Counted from the first letter of the stretch, positions 18,145 to 27,531 are shown. The stretch: DNA of 63,516 nucleotides from an uncultured Candidatus Saccharibacteria bacterium (GCA_964384645.1 CAYLKL010000001.1:70856-134371); one strand, 5' to 3'. Translations and numbers: made by a program. Notes: generated by a model from the sequence alone, not told the origin.

Positions 18145-18257
18145 CAAAAATAAAAAACCGTCCCAAAATGGGCGGTTTTTTATTATGCGGAGGCGAGAAA
18201 GCAAACTGCTTTGCTTGCGTGCGAAATTCGAATAGGATAAAGTTCAAAATTTTCGCC
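18145..18257. repeat. Terminator plus tRNA-Ser 3'-mirror with 25-nt hairpin insert
   Basis: tgcggaggcg (18186-18195) + 25 nt (18196-18220) + gcgaaattcgaa (18221-18232). Degenerate sense arm gttcaaaattttcgcc at 18242-18257. Confidence 0.85.
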
Positions 18258-18305
18258 ATTTACATCCACCTACCTCAAATATTTGATTTAGGCTAAAATA
18301 CCTAC

Positions 18306-19154
18306 ATGGAAAGATTTGAAATGCCTCATGTTGATAAGGTTGTTGGAATACCAAAGGAATACCCTAATGGTCAAAATGAATTAGAAGTTCATCTCGCAAA
18401 TAAATTTAAAGAAGAAGGAAAAAAAATTGAGGGACACGAAATTGAAAAAACAGACAAGGATATTCTTTTAATTGATTTCGCCCAAAATGCCGTTGATGAT
18501 TATCTTAAAAAATATAATCGGAAAAAGAATGTAATTATACCTCTTGAAAATATTCATCTACTAGAAGAAGGGGGCGTAGATAAATTAACACGAGGGAAAA
18601 TAAGCGCTGGAGCATCTGCACCAGTATATGGAGGTATTATTGTGGACAGGGTGGTTTCAGATGTGGAATTTTCTCTTGTGACCTTTCATGAATTAATGCA
18701 CGCGAAATCTTATAATTCTATACAAATAACTAAAGAGAAGAACAAAGAAAAAGGAGTGATTAAATCATTTAGAACCGGTTTTTGTGTGACCACTAGAGAC
18801 GGAGAGAAAACTTTTTTTGAAGATGTAAACGAAGCCATTGTTGGCTTTTTAACTAAAAAATTTTTTGAAGAATATATAGAAAAAAACGATATGTTCAAGG
18901 ATGAACTAACCATGCAGAAAGAGAAAAAAATATCTTTCAACCTTAGCCGACAAAAAGAAATGCGCGAGGGTTTGAATTACATGTTTAAGATTTATGAATT
19001 AAATAAAGATAAATATTCCCAAGAAGAAATTGTGGATATTTTTATAGATGCCGGCATAAATGGAAATCTATTGAAAGTTGCTAGATTAGTTGAAGAAACT
19101 TTTGGTAAAGGAAGTTTTAGGGTACTAGGAGAAACAACTGCAGTGAAAAAGTAA
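18306..19154 (+). CDS. Hypothetical protein with zincin-like HExxH motif
   Basis: FHELMHAKS plus downstream NEAIV. Confidence 0.65.
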   Translation: MERFEMPHVDKVVGIPKEYPNGQNELEVHLANKFKEEGKKIEGHEIEKTDKDILLIDFAQNAVDDYLKKYNRKKNVIIPLENIHLLEEGGVDKLTRGKISAGASAPVYGGIIVDRVVSDVEFSLVTFHELMHAKSYNSIQITKEKNKEKGVIKSFRTGFCVTTRDGEKTFFEDVNEAIVGFLTKKFFEEYIEKNDMFKDELTMQKEKKISFNLSRQKEMREGLNYMFKIYELNKDKYSQEEIVDIFIDAGINGNLLKVARLVEETFGKGSFRVLGETTAVKK

Positions 19155-19223
19155 TTTAAAAACACCCTAACCCTGCAAGGATCAAGTCTCTCCCCATCCC
19201 ATCTTATGTTATATTAAATCCAT

Positions 19224-19649
19224 ATGGCAGAAATAAAAACAAAACCAACCAAAGTACCACCAAGGTCATTTCTTAAAACCATTAAAGACGAGCAAAAAAG
19301 AGATGACTCCCTAAAACTACTAAAAATTTTTGAAGAAACTACAAAACTAAAACCTAAGATGTGGGGCGAAAGCATTGTCGGCTTTGGTGAGTATCACTAT
19401 AAGTCGGATCGCTCTACACAACATGGTGACTGGCCCCTTATAGCATTTTCGCCACGTGCAACTGGAATAACAATTTACATAATGCCCGGATTTAAAAGAT
19501 ACGGCGATTTACTTGAAAAAATCGGTCCGCACAAAGTAAGCGGTGGATCTTGTTTATACATTAAAAAACTAGAAAACATTCACATTCCCACCCTAAAGGC
19601 CATCATCAAAAAATCTGTTGCTGATATGAAGAAACAACATAAAGTGTAA
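19224..19649 (+). CDS. DUF1801 family protein
   Basis: PKMWGESIVGFGEYHYK...FSPR...KIGPHK...SCLYIKKL. Confidence 0.88.
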   Translation: MAEIKTKPTKVPPRSFLKTIKDEQKRDDSLKLLKIFEETTKLKPKMWGESIVGFGEYHYKSDRSTQHGDWPLIAFSPRATGITIYIMPGFKRYGDLLEKIGPHKVSGGSCLYIKKLENIHIPTLKAIIKKSVADMKKQHKV

Positions 19650-19708
19650 AAATGCTACAATAATAAAGAATGTCGGGTCGAATTTATTATTTAATTTAAA
19701 ATAAATAT

Positions 19709-19861
19709 ATGCTTACGACAATCGCTACTGTTTTATTGATATTGTGGCTACTTGGTTTCTTGGGATTCCACATACTAGGAGGATTTATACACATCCTTTT
19801 GGTTATAGCTGTTATTTTATTTTTGATTCGAATTATTCGAGGGGAAAACCCCCTAAAGTAA
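19709..19861 (+). CDS. lmo0937-family small membrane protein (not in ORF track)
   Basis: Hand translation MLTTIATVLLILWLLGFLGFHILGGFIHILLVIAVILFLIRIIRGENPLK. Confidence 0.85.
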   Translation: MLTTIATVLLILWLLGFLGFHILGGFIHILLVIAVILFLIRIIRGENPLK

Positions 19862-19887
19862 ATCCTTTATTAATTAAATTCTAATTT

Positions 19888-20097
19888 ATGGAAAATCAAA
19901 CAAATTACCCACAACAACCAGCGCCAAATAGTTCAGGCGCAAATACTGTACTAATAGTTATCGTTATCTTAATACTCGCTGGCTTTGGGTATTGGCTATA
20001 CAATAAAGAAACAAAACCAGCACCATCTGACAACCCTGGAATAAACATAGATGTAAATCTACCCGCCGACAACAATTCTGACGAATCAACTCAATAA
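19888..20097 (+). CDS. Small single-TM protein
   Basis: TM VLIVIVILILAGFGYWLY and a GINIDVNLP tail. Confidence 0.75.
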   Translation: MENQTNYPQQPAPNSSGANTVLIVIVILILAGFGYWLYNKETKPAPSDNPGINIDVNLPADNNSDESTQ

Positions 20098-20100
20098 ATC

Positions 20101-20145
20101 AAATATAAAATAGCCACGACCTTTAGTTGTGGCTATTTTATATTT
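20101..20145 (+). terminator. Strong inverted repeat or terminator
   Basis: Perfect 17-bp arms aaatataaaatagccac / gtggctattttatattt. Confidence 0.85.
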
Positions 20146-20203
20146 AGACTTACCCAATTTTCCTTCTTCCCTCCATCACAAAAGCGGTATAATATGCGTT
20201 AAT

Positions 20204-20752
20204 ATGGCTGAAAGAGCAAATGACCACGAAAAACTCAAGAACCTGTTTGATGAGGCTAGAAATGGCTCGCTTACGGCGCAAGATGAGATATATAAATATT
20301 TCTACTCCCCGCTCTACCGCTACTTTTTTATGCGAACCCAAAACGAAGACGAGGCCATAGATTTGACCCAAACCTCCTTCGTTAAATTTTACGGAAACCT
20401 CGCAAAAATAACTCAAACGATTTCCCTTCCAAGCTTCATTTTTACCATCGCCCGAAATACTCTTATCGACTACTGGCGAAAACGTGGAACCCGAAATACG
20501 GTCGTGAGCGACGAGGTGGTAATGATAGAAAGTGAAAATCAAGTAGAAGAAAAAAAAGAATTAGGGCTTGAGTTCAAAGACATGATAGAAAAACTCTCAG
20601 AAGAACAAAAAGAAGCTTTAACACTTAGATACGTCGAAGACCTCCCCGCCAAAGACATTGCCGAAATTATGGGAAAGAGTGAAGAAGCAGTCCGGCAACT
20701 ACTATCGCGTGGAATAAAAACTTTACGAGAAAATATAAAAGAATATGAATAA
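20204..20752 (+). CDS. ECF RNA polymerase sigma factor
   Basis: Region 2 (EAIDLTQTSFVK...FIFTIARNTLIDYWR) and region 4 (LSEEQKEALTLRY...IAEIMGKSEEAVRQLLSRG). Start ATG 20204. Confidence 0.95.
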   Translation: MAERANDHEKLKNLFDEARNGSLTAQDEIYKYFYSPLYRYFFMRTQNEDEAIDLTQTSFVKFYGNLAKITQTISLPSFIFTIARNTLIDYWRKRGTRNTVVSDEVVMIESENQVEEKKELGLEFKDMIEKLSEEQKEALTLRYVEDLPAKDIAEIMGKSEEAVRQLLSRGIKTLRENIKEYE

Positions 20753-21281
20753 AGAAATACCACAAGAAAATATTGAAGAATTAGATGCACAAGATTTGCA
20801 GGTAATTTCAAAGTTGCAAAATTTAAGAAAAGATATAAAAGCCCCACACGAATCTTTTTTGAAAGCTATGCAAATTCTAAATCCAGATACTTCTTCCACT
20901 CCAACAAAGTCTCCATTTTATATTCCAATGTTTTTTAGAATCTCTGTTCCAGCTTTGGCGGTAATACTTATAGTTGGCCTTTCTGTAAAGAATAATCTAA
21001 ACCCAAATACTGATTCTATTTTAGAGCCGTCAGTTGAAAGCCCTGCCTCTTTTGCATTACTTCAAAATGAAACAGTAAGTAATTCAGATGTCGGCCAATC
21101 GCAAGACACAGCACTAATGAAAATGTCTACGGTCACACCCGAAAATCTTAAGCCGGAAGATTTTGAAGCAATCACCGCAGAAGAATTTTCAACATATTCA
21201 ACTTCGTCTGATGAAAAATTTGCGTCTTATGATGAAACTGGGGTTAATAATTTTGTAAACTACTATGGAGAAAATTTTTAA
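20745..21281 (+). CDS. Putative membrane anti-sigma factor
   Basis: Overlaps the sigma gene by 8 bp and has a central TM. Confidence 0.6.
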   Translation: MNKEIPQENIEELDAQDLQVISKLQNLRKDIKAPHESFLKAMQILNPDTSSTPTKSPFYIPMFFRISVPALAVILIVGLSVKNNLNPNTDSILEPSVESPASFALLQNETVSNSDVGQSQDTALMKMSTVTPENLKPEDFEAITAEEFSTYSTSSDEKFASYDETGVNNFVNYYGENF

Positions 21282-21999
21282 TAAAAAAACAATAATTGCT
21301 TCTTTTGTACTTATTTCAGTGCTTTTTGCACCAATTCAAAGTTTTGCCTCAAATGGCGGATCAACGTCTATTTGCCAAAAAATATCTAAAGTTGAATCTG
21401 ATATCAAGAAAGAACAAAATAAAATAAAAGAAGAAGTTCAAAAATCTCGACAAAAAAGGACAGAAGACATAAAGGAAGAATGGACAAAAAGAGACGAACA
21501 ATTTAACCAAGAAAGAAACCGAATCGACTCAATATACAAAAACTTTGTTGTTTCTTTGAAAGCAAAAGCGCAAACTGACGCTGATAAAAAAGCGGTAGAA
21601 AACTTTGAAAAAACTATTTTTACCCTTTTGTCTGACGCCAGAAATAAAACAGATGATGTTTGGGATAAATATGAAAGTGAAACACTTCTCTCTCTTTCAA
21701 GGCAAGATTCTTCTAGTGAAACATATTTCAAGGAAATAGAGGGCGAATCCACAAGTCGACTCGGCACACTCAAGACTTTGTGCGTTGGAGTATTTGAAGA
21801 AAAAATTAAAGACGAATTGGATAATATAAAAAAGATGAAGGATCGTGGAATGGCAAAATCTTCATTTTTGAGAAAATCAAAACTTGAAATAGCCCAGCTA
21901 ACATCTACTCGAAACAAACAAATAGAAACAATCAAAAAAGAATTGTCTCAAAAAATAATTGAGGCTTACAACGCCTTGCCTACAAACCTGAGAAAATAA
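21265..21999 (+). CDS. Secreted coiled-coil protein
   Basis: Signal peptide ending QSFA-S and a helical K/E-rich body. Overlaps the previous gene. Confidence 0.7.
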   Translation: MEKIFNKKTIIASFVLISVLFAPIQSFASNGGSTSICQKISKVESDIKKEQNKIKEEVQKSRQKRTEDIKEEWTKRDEQFNQERNRIDSIYKNFVVSLKAKAQTDADKKAVENFEKTIFTLLSDARNKTDDVWDKYESETLLSLSRQDSSSETYFKEIEGESTSRLGTLKTLCVGVFEEKIKDELDNIKKMKDRGMAKSSFLRKSKLEIAQLTSTRNKQIETIKKELSQKIIEAYNALPTNLRK

Positions 22000-22010
22000 A
22001 AACTCCGTAC

Positions 22011-22505
22011 GTGCAAAAAAACAATAAGTTTTATACAATTAGAAGAATGAAGGATGAAATAAAATGGTTTGCTCTAGAATACCGAGAAGTTCATCGGTCT
22101 AATGATTGGTATTGGGCTGTTGGAATAACAGCTTTTGCCCTTGCTGTTGGTTCTATTTTGATAAAAAACTTTTTGTTTGCGATTTTTATAATACTTTCAG
22201 TATCTATGGTTTTTTATTTTTCAAAAAGAAAACCTAAAGAAATAGAAGTAGCTATAAACAGAAAAGGAATTCGAATGAATGAATATATTTATCCTTACGA
22301 CTCAATAAAACATTTTTGTATTGATCACTCTGACGACGAACCACGACTCCTGTTTATGTCTTCTCGCCTCGTTGACCCCATCGTGAGTGTGTATATAGAA
22401 GAAGACGATGTTGACGATATCGCAAACTATCTAAAAACAAAAATAAAGGAAAAAGCAATTCAAGAACCGAAACACAGAATGGTAATGGAGAGGTTGGGGT
22501 TTTAA
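22011..22505 (+). CDS. CPR-type membrane protein (DUF5673-like)
   Basis: IKWFALEY...RSNDWYW, two TMs, ends MERLGF. Confidence 0.75.
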   Translation: MQKNNKFYTIRRMKDEIKWFALEYREVHRSNDWYWAVGITAFALAVGSILIKNFLFAIFIILSVSMVFYFSKRKPKEIEVAINRKGIRMNEYIYPYDSIKHFCIDHSDDEPRLLFMSSRLVDPIVSVYIEEDDVDDIANYLKTKIKEKAIQEPKHRMVMERLGF

Positions 22506-22537
22506 AAGAGTTTGAATTAAGTTAATTAAAAACACCA

Positions 22538-23029
22538 TTATTTTACTAATGGTGTTGAAAATTCTAAAATTTCATTAATCATAGAAATGTGGCATTCTAA
22601 CCAGGACTTATCGCTACTATTTGTTAAACTGGCTGCCTGTTCTTTAATATTAATTGAACAGTACCCATATTTATTTGATTCCACAATAATGTATGGCCTA
22701 TTAGAACCCTTTTTTCCTTCCTCATAGGGACAATTTTGTTTTATCGACCCTAAAAGATACTCCAACACAATTGCTTCATTTCCTCTTTTATAACAATACA
22801 AATATTCTCTAAAATCCCGGTGTCGAGAATTTTTCATATTAATTTTTACAAATATTGCCGGATAAAAAGAATCACACCGATGTTTCTTTATATCTCCCTC
22901 TCCATATTTATCATACAAGTACGCAAGAAGGTGTAAGGGAAATAAATGTTGGTTAATATTACTATTTATTACTTCGTCTTCTAGACCCAAAAAACGAAGT
23001 ATCGTTTGGATACTTTTTAACTTTCCCAT
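22538..23029 (-). CDS. Hypothetical protein
   Basis: 163-aa ORF downstream of tRNA-Arg(GCG) and its mirror element. Confidence 0.55.
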   Translation of the reverse strand: MGKLKSIQTILRFLGLEDEVINSNINQHLFPLHLLAYLYDKYGEGDIKKHRCDSFYPAIFVKINMKNSRHRDFREYLYCYKRGNEAIVLEYLLGSIKQNCPYEEGKKGSNRPYIIVESNKYGYCSINIKEQAASLTNSSDKSWLECHISMINEILEFSTPLVK

Positions 23030-23096
23030 TTTTTAATTGTTAGATTTCGGATTATATTACAGATAAAAAATTGTTTGTAAATAGCTGGTTTTTTAG

Positions 23097-23378
23097 CCGG
23101 TAGGAATCTTTCGTTACGCGAACAGTATACCTTTTCGGTGAATTCAGAATAAATTCTTTATTCACAACGAAAAGCTTTTCAATTCCTACCCGCAAGCAAA
23201 GCAGTTTGCTTGCTCGGGATCACTTGTGGTCACGAGTTACTAAGTCTACTCGTATTGCTCCGCAACACTGCGTGGACTAAGTACTCTCGACCCCGCCTCG
23301 CCTGTTTTCGAAACTCAAACATGGCTCCGGCCATCACAAGTACAGAAAAAAGCGGAGCAGTCCGCTTTTTTCGTCTTG
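23097..23378. repeat. tRNA-Arg(GCG) 3'-mirror element with 25-nt hairpin insert and nested structured segment
   Basis: ccggtaggaatc (23097-23108); ttcaattcctac (23178-23189) + 25 nt (23190-23214) + cgggatcac (23215-23223); terminator aaaaaagcgga-gcag-tccgctttttt (about 23346-23371). Confidence 0.85.
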
Positions 23379-23450
23379 TGATCCCGGTAGGAATCGAACC
23401 TACATTTTAACTTCCGCAAAGTCATGTCCTATCCATTGAACGACGGGACC
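23379..23450 (-). tRNA. tRNA-Arg(GCG)
   Basis: tgact-tt GCG ga-agtta arm, acceptor GGTCCCG/CGGGATC. Confidence 0.9.
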
Positions 23451-23487
23451 AATAGATAGTTAGACATTATCAGAAATGTGAAAAAAT

Positions 23488-23514
23488 AAAAAGGCGGAGA
23501 ATTTCTCCGCCTTT
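23488..23514 (-). terminator. Terminator after the helicase gene
   Basis: aaaaggcggaga-at-ttctccgccttt. Confidence 0.75.
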
Positions 23515-23539
23515 GAACACTTTAAAAACTTTCTTTTTA

Positions 23540-25378
23540 TTACACATTTTCCCAACCTGGAAAATCTTGGTAACTACGTTTTAAATCAGCCGGAAGTTTA
23601 GGATCTTCTTTATACCTTAACCTGTACTCCCTTCCCCTGCCATCAATTTTGAGCTTTTTTATAGCCTTACTCGCTTCTTCCCATGTCGCGTATTTTTCTG
23701 GCTTCTTTTTTCCATAAAAATAAATAGAGAACCCGGGAAAATTCGGATAGTATTGCTGAGGGTTTCTTGGAAGCTTAGGATCTTCAGTATAACGGTCATA
23801 ATAATTTTTATAAGTTAGACCGAGATTTCTTACAGAGACAGAAGCTTCTTCCCATGTGGAATATTTTACCCCTACAGCATTTTTTCCTAAAAAATTACTC
23901 CACCCGGGAAAATCTTTATAGTACCTAGATGGTAAACTACATAACCGTGGATCTTTTTTGTAATTCTCAGAATAGTTTTTCCTAGAGTAAATCCCGAATT
24001 TTTCTACAGCCTTCCTTGCTTCTTTCCATGTTGGATACCAGGATACCTTGAATCGACTATTGTGACTAACGCGACCTTTAGTTAATTCATCTATAGTGTG
24101 AACGTCATAGATAATTTTAAGTCCATCAATTTCCAATAATTCTCTTGGGTCACGAATTGCACCGCCTTTTAAATTCCTACTTGTTTTAAAATGTTCCGGC
24201 AACACAATCGCGCCGCAAGTAATTTCGGAAAAAAGAATTGCAAGCTTGCGTCGAGTGGATTCCTTATAAATAAAATCAACTACATGGGCGATTTTATTTG
24301 GGTTGTCCGGATCAAGCCGTAAGACCCTTCCGCCACGTTGTTCAGCGAAAACCGCAGATTGAGTTGGTCGCAAGTTTAAGCAAACTGAAACTCTTGGCTC
24401 ATCAAATCCTTCACTAAGAAGATCACAATTTACCAACACGCTGAATTTTCCAAGATGATAATCATGAAGAATTTCCCCACGAACTTTCTTAGACAAACCT
24501 CCATGAATTCCGCGAGCTTTAATACCGCTTTTTACAAAAGTAGCTACAACATCGTGAACGTGTTGTACGGAGTTTGCATAAATGATTGTGCATTCTCCTT
24601 TGAAATACTTTTTGTATACCTTAAGTGCTGTATTATTTACCTCATTTGTATTAATCAACTTCTCAAGATCTTTGGTCTCGTAATCGCCTCGCTTTGATGC
24701 AGTATTAGATAAATCGACATCAAGTTCCACAAGCATAACCCGAACCCCCACTAGCAGCCCTAAATGAATTGCCTCTCCAAGTTCCATAGTATAGATTTCA
24801 TGAATAAGCAATTCGTTTAAGTGCTTATAAGCACTAAATCCAGGAGTTGCAGAGAATCCAAGTATGATTGATTTTTTCTTTGCCTTTTCAACAAGTTTTG
24901 TAATGTTAGGAGTAAGCGCACGATGACCTTCATCAAGAATAATATAATCGTAATCATCAATCTTTATCTTTCCTGATTGAATTTGAAGCACCCAAGAAGT
25001 ATAAGTACAAACAGTAATTTGATTTCCGTATTCCTTATAATCTGTATTGATGCGTCCCACACTTAATTTTGGTGCAAAGGTTTTTAGACTCTTATACGTT
25101 TGTTCTACTAATTGAATTCTGGGAACTAAAATAAGTGCCCGAGATTTGTGATTGGCGACTGCACGTATGATTTGCCCAAACAAGACTGTTTTACCAGTTC
25201 CTGTAGGTAATTTGATGTAACCACTAGTTAAGTTCTTTTTTAGAAAACCATGAACTGCCTCAAAGACATTCATCTGCTTTTCACGAAGAACTTTTTTACC
25301 AGTGCGATAATGACTGCGTATGTACACAGCCATTCGATGGATAGTTCCAGTGAGGAGCTTTTGAAGAATTTGGTTCAT
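23540..25378 (-). CDS. SF2 DExH helicase with three C-terminal integrase-repeat-like units
   Basis: LPTGTGKT, DEGH, SAT, QRGGRVLR, and 3 x Y-x-TW-x-EA...Y-x2-DP-x-L...FPG. Confidence 0.85.
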   Translation of the reverse strand: MNQILQKLLTGTIHRMAVYIRSHYRTGKKVLREKQMNVFEAVHGFLKKNLTSGYIKLPTGTGKTVLFGQIIRAVANHKSRALILVPRIQLVEQTYKSLKTFAPKLSVGRINTDYKEYGNQITVCTYTSWVLQIQSGKIKIDDYDYIILDEGHRALTPNITKLVEKAKKKSIILGFSATPGFSAYKHLNELLIHEIYTMELGEAIHLGLLVGVRVMLVELDVDLSNTASKRGDYETKDLEKLINTNEVNNTALKVYKKYFKGECTIIYANSVQHVHDVVATFVKSGIKARGIHGGLSKKVRGEILHDYHLGKFSVLVNCDLLSEGFDEPRVSVCLNLRPTQSAVFAEQRGGRVLRLDPDNPNKIAHVVDFIYKESTRRKLAILFSEITCGAIVLPEHFKTSRNLKGGAIRDPRELLEIDGLKIIYDVHTIDELTKGRVSHNSRFKVSWYPTWKEARKAVEKFGIYSRKNYSENYKKDPRLCSLPSRYYKDFPGWSNFLGKNAVGVKYSTWEEASVSVRNLGLTYKNYYDRYTEDPKLPRNPQQYYPNFPGFSIYFYGKKKPEKYATWEEASKAIKKLKIDGRGREYRLRYKEDPKLPADLKRSYQDFPGWENV

Positions 25379-25578
25379 ATATTTAGTTTTAAAGGTTTAA
25401 CTATTTTTCTTATACGTTACCACTAAACACACAAAAGTCAAACAAAAAAGCCGGAGTTTCCTCCGGCTTAGCAAAAACTTAATCCAACATTGAGTTTCCA
25501 GTCTCAATCCTATCTTTAATGTAGCCCTTCCATAACATATTTTAGTTGCCGGCAAGCAACCAGATAGAAATTCGTTGT

Positions 25579-26190
25579 TTAAGATTCCTTTACCCTTACT
25601 ATGGCGAATAACCATTTATTATTATCAATAAATGAAAGATTGATAATTTCAAAATTATTTTCAATTAGCACAGACTCCAATTCTTCTTTGAAATAAAATT
25701 TGTAATATCTTTCAGCGCCCATTTTTTCACTACTGACTTCTTCTCCAACGCCTGCTTTTACAGAAAAAGCTACTAACCCACCAGTCTTGAGAACTTTTGG
25801 TATATTTTTAATTATACTTTCAAAAATTTCCAAAGTTGCATGGTGAAGTACGGCATTTGCAAAAAATCCATCGAATGAATTCATCCATTCTGACCTGAAC
25901 TCTTCTCGAAAATCAAAAAGGTGCGTTTCAAAACCTTCTTCTTTAAGTCTTGAAATTGCTTCTGGAATAATATCAGTACAGACAACCTCAAAACCTTTGT
26001 CTTTAAAATATCTAGCATCGCGACCGGTTGCTGATCCCAATTCTAAAATTTTTCCGCCCGGCCTAAGATGTTTTGAAAACTCATCAAATAGATCTTTGAA
26101 TTCTCCACTTACCACACTGGGTGTCCCTTTTGTGTATTTGTCGAAGTTTTCCCTATATGTTTCTATTGTCTTGTCTTGGTTATTTTTCAT
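25579..26190 (-). CDS. Class I SAM-dependent methyltransferase
   Basis: ILELGSATGRDA, FDGFFANAVLHH, VLKTGG. Confidence 0.88.
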   Translation of the reverse strand: MKNNQDKTIETYRENFDKYTKGTPSVVSGEFKDLFDEFSKHLRPGGKILELGSATGRDARYFKDKGFEVVCTDIIPEAISRLKEEGFETHLFDFREEFRSEWMNSFDGFFANAVLHHATLEIFESIIKNIPKVLKTGGLVAFSVKAGVGEEVSSEKMGAERYYKFYFKEELESVLIENNFEIINLSFIDNNKWLFAIVRVKES

Positions 26191-26261
26191 ATTTAAAGTT
26201 TTTTAAAATACTACTCCTTAGATAAAAATTGTCAAAAAAAACACCTCTTTCGAGGTGTTTT

Positions 26262-26519
26262 TTATTTTGCCCACTCTTTTAGTTCGTCGATTGTTGCTTC
26301 TCCGCAGATTCCCTTTCGAGATACATCATTCCAAAGAAATGGAACTCCTCCGCAATCTTTCTGCTCTGGAATAGATTCAAGTGTATGAAGGTTTTCATCA
26401 TTGTGCCAGACTTCTACCCTCTCCACTTTTACATCTGTTTCTTTTTCAAGCTGATCAATCAGCGGCATCATTTTTTCACAGTGTGGACATTCTGTCCCGT
26501 AGTAAAAAAACAAAGACAT
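26262..26519 (-). CDS. Thioredoxin/glutaredoxin-like protein
   Basis: CPHC motif and CGGVPF. Confidence 0.85.
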   Translation of the reverse strand: MSLFFYYGTECPHCEKMMPLIDQLEKETDVKVERVEVWHNDENLHTLESIPEQKDCGGVPFLWNDVSRKGICGEATIDELKEWAK

Positions 26520-26520
26520 A

Positions 26521-26775
26521 TTATTTGATTATTTTAGCTAATCGAGATTTCTTTCTTGAAGCGTTTCCTTTTTTGATAACTCCAGCCTTTCCTGCTTTGT
26601 CGATTGCTTGAAATGCAGTTGAAAGAGTCTTTTTTGCATCTTCAACCTTTCCACCCTTAACTAGTTTTTCAACTGTCTTAATAGCTTCTCTCATCGCTTT
26701 TCTTCGTCGATCGTTAACAGCTCTTTTTTTACCAGACTGTCTTAGTGCTTTTTTAGCTGATTTTGTAATTGGCAT
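26521..26775 (-). CDS. rpsT: 30S ribosomal protein S20
   Basis: MPITKSAKKALRQS...IDKAGKAGVIKKGNASRKKSRL. Confidence 0.97.
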   Translation of the reverse strand: MPITKSAKKALRQSGKKRAVNDRRRKAMREAIKTVEKLVKGGKVEDAKKTLSTAFQAIDKAGKAGVIKKGNASRKKSRLAKIIK

Positions 26776-26923
26776 AATTTTTATGAATTAAATAATAATT
26801 GTAATAATTTTGATAGATAATTTTGAACCTTTGACACGGTGCCTTCAGTGCCAAATGGCCCCCTGAATGCTTGAAATTTACCAGAAATTCCTATTATTGG
26901 CAAGATTTGATAGGATATACAAT

Positions 26924-27502
26924 ATGATCAGACTAATAAAAGGAAAGGTTTTGGAGATAAATGAAAAAAGCCTAATTCTTGAAACAGGAGGAATCGGCTA
27001 TGAGATATTTTGCACAACTGACGACCTAATAAGAACAAAGCCTGGGAACGAAGAGATTTTTCGAACAAAACTAGTAATTCGCGAAGATGCCCACGAACTT
27101 TATGGATTCACCCAAAAGGACGACTTGGTGTTTTTTGAAAACTTACTCCTTGTCTCTGGTGTTGGTCCTAAAAGTGCCGTATCAATTATTTCCATTGGTT
27201 CAACCGAAAGTTTGAAGAAAGCGATTGGCTCTGGAGATGTTGAATATTTGAAAAAAGTTTCTGGTATAGGAAAAAAGACAGCGGAGAAAATAGTTATCGA
27301 ACTAAGAGACAAGCTTCACTCACTCGGACATCAATCTCTCGACGGAGAGCTAGGACGAGAAGCTGATGCGATACTTGCACTTGAATCTTTGGGCTATTAT
27401 CGCGAAGACGCACGAGAGGCGCTAAAAAATATTCCAGAAAACATTACAGATGTTGGCGCTAAAATAACTTTAGCTTTAAAAAATTTAAACACTAAAAAAT
27501 AA
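26924..27502 (+). CDS. ruvA: Holliday junction branch migration protein RuvA
   Basis: GGIGYEI, REDAHELYGF, VSGVGPKSA, GIGKKTAEKIVIEL, ALESLGY. Start ATG 26924. Confidence 0.96.
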   Translation: MIRLIKGKVLEINEKSLILETGGIGYEIFCTTDDLIRTKPGNEEIFRTKLVIREDAHELYGFTQKDDLVFFENLLLVSGVGPKSAVSIISIGSTESLKKAIGSGDVEYLKKVSGIGKKTAEKIVIELRDKLHSLGHQSLDGELGREADAILALESLGYYREDAREALKNIPENITDVGAKITLALKNLNTKK

Positions 27503-27531
27503 AAACCCCGCAAAAAAAATGCGGGATTAGT

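Noticed and set aside
23210-23410. 66-aa ORF
   Set aside because: It runs through the mirror element and antisense to tRNA-Arg. ORFs 18053-18259, 18072-18296 and 29920-30114 are rejected for similar reasons.
25397-25615. 72-aa minus-strand ORF
   Set aside because: It crosses a terminator (about 25445-25470) and the helicase promoter, overlaps the methyltransferase, and has no recognisable motif.
26800-26870. GC-richer hairpin between rpsT and ruvA as a riboswitch
   Set aside because: It is a single imperfect stem with no recognisable aptamer consensus.
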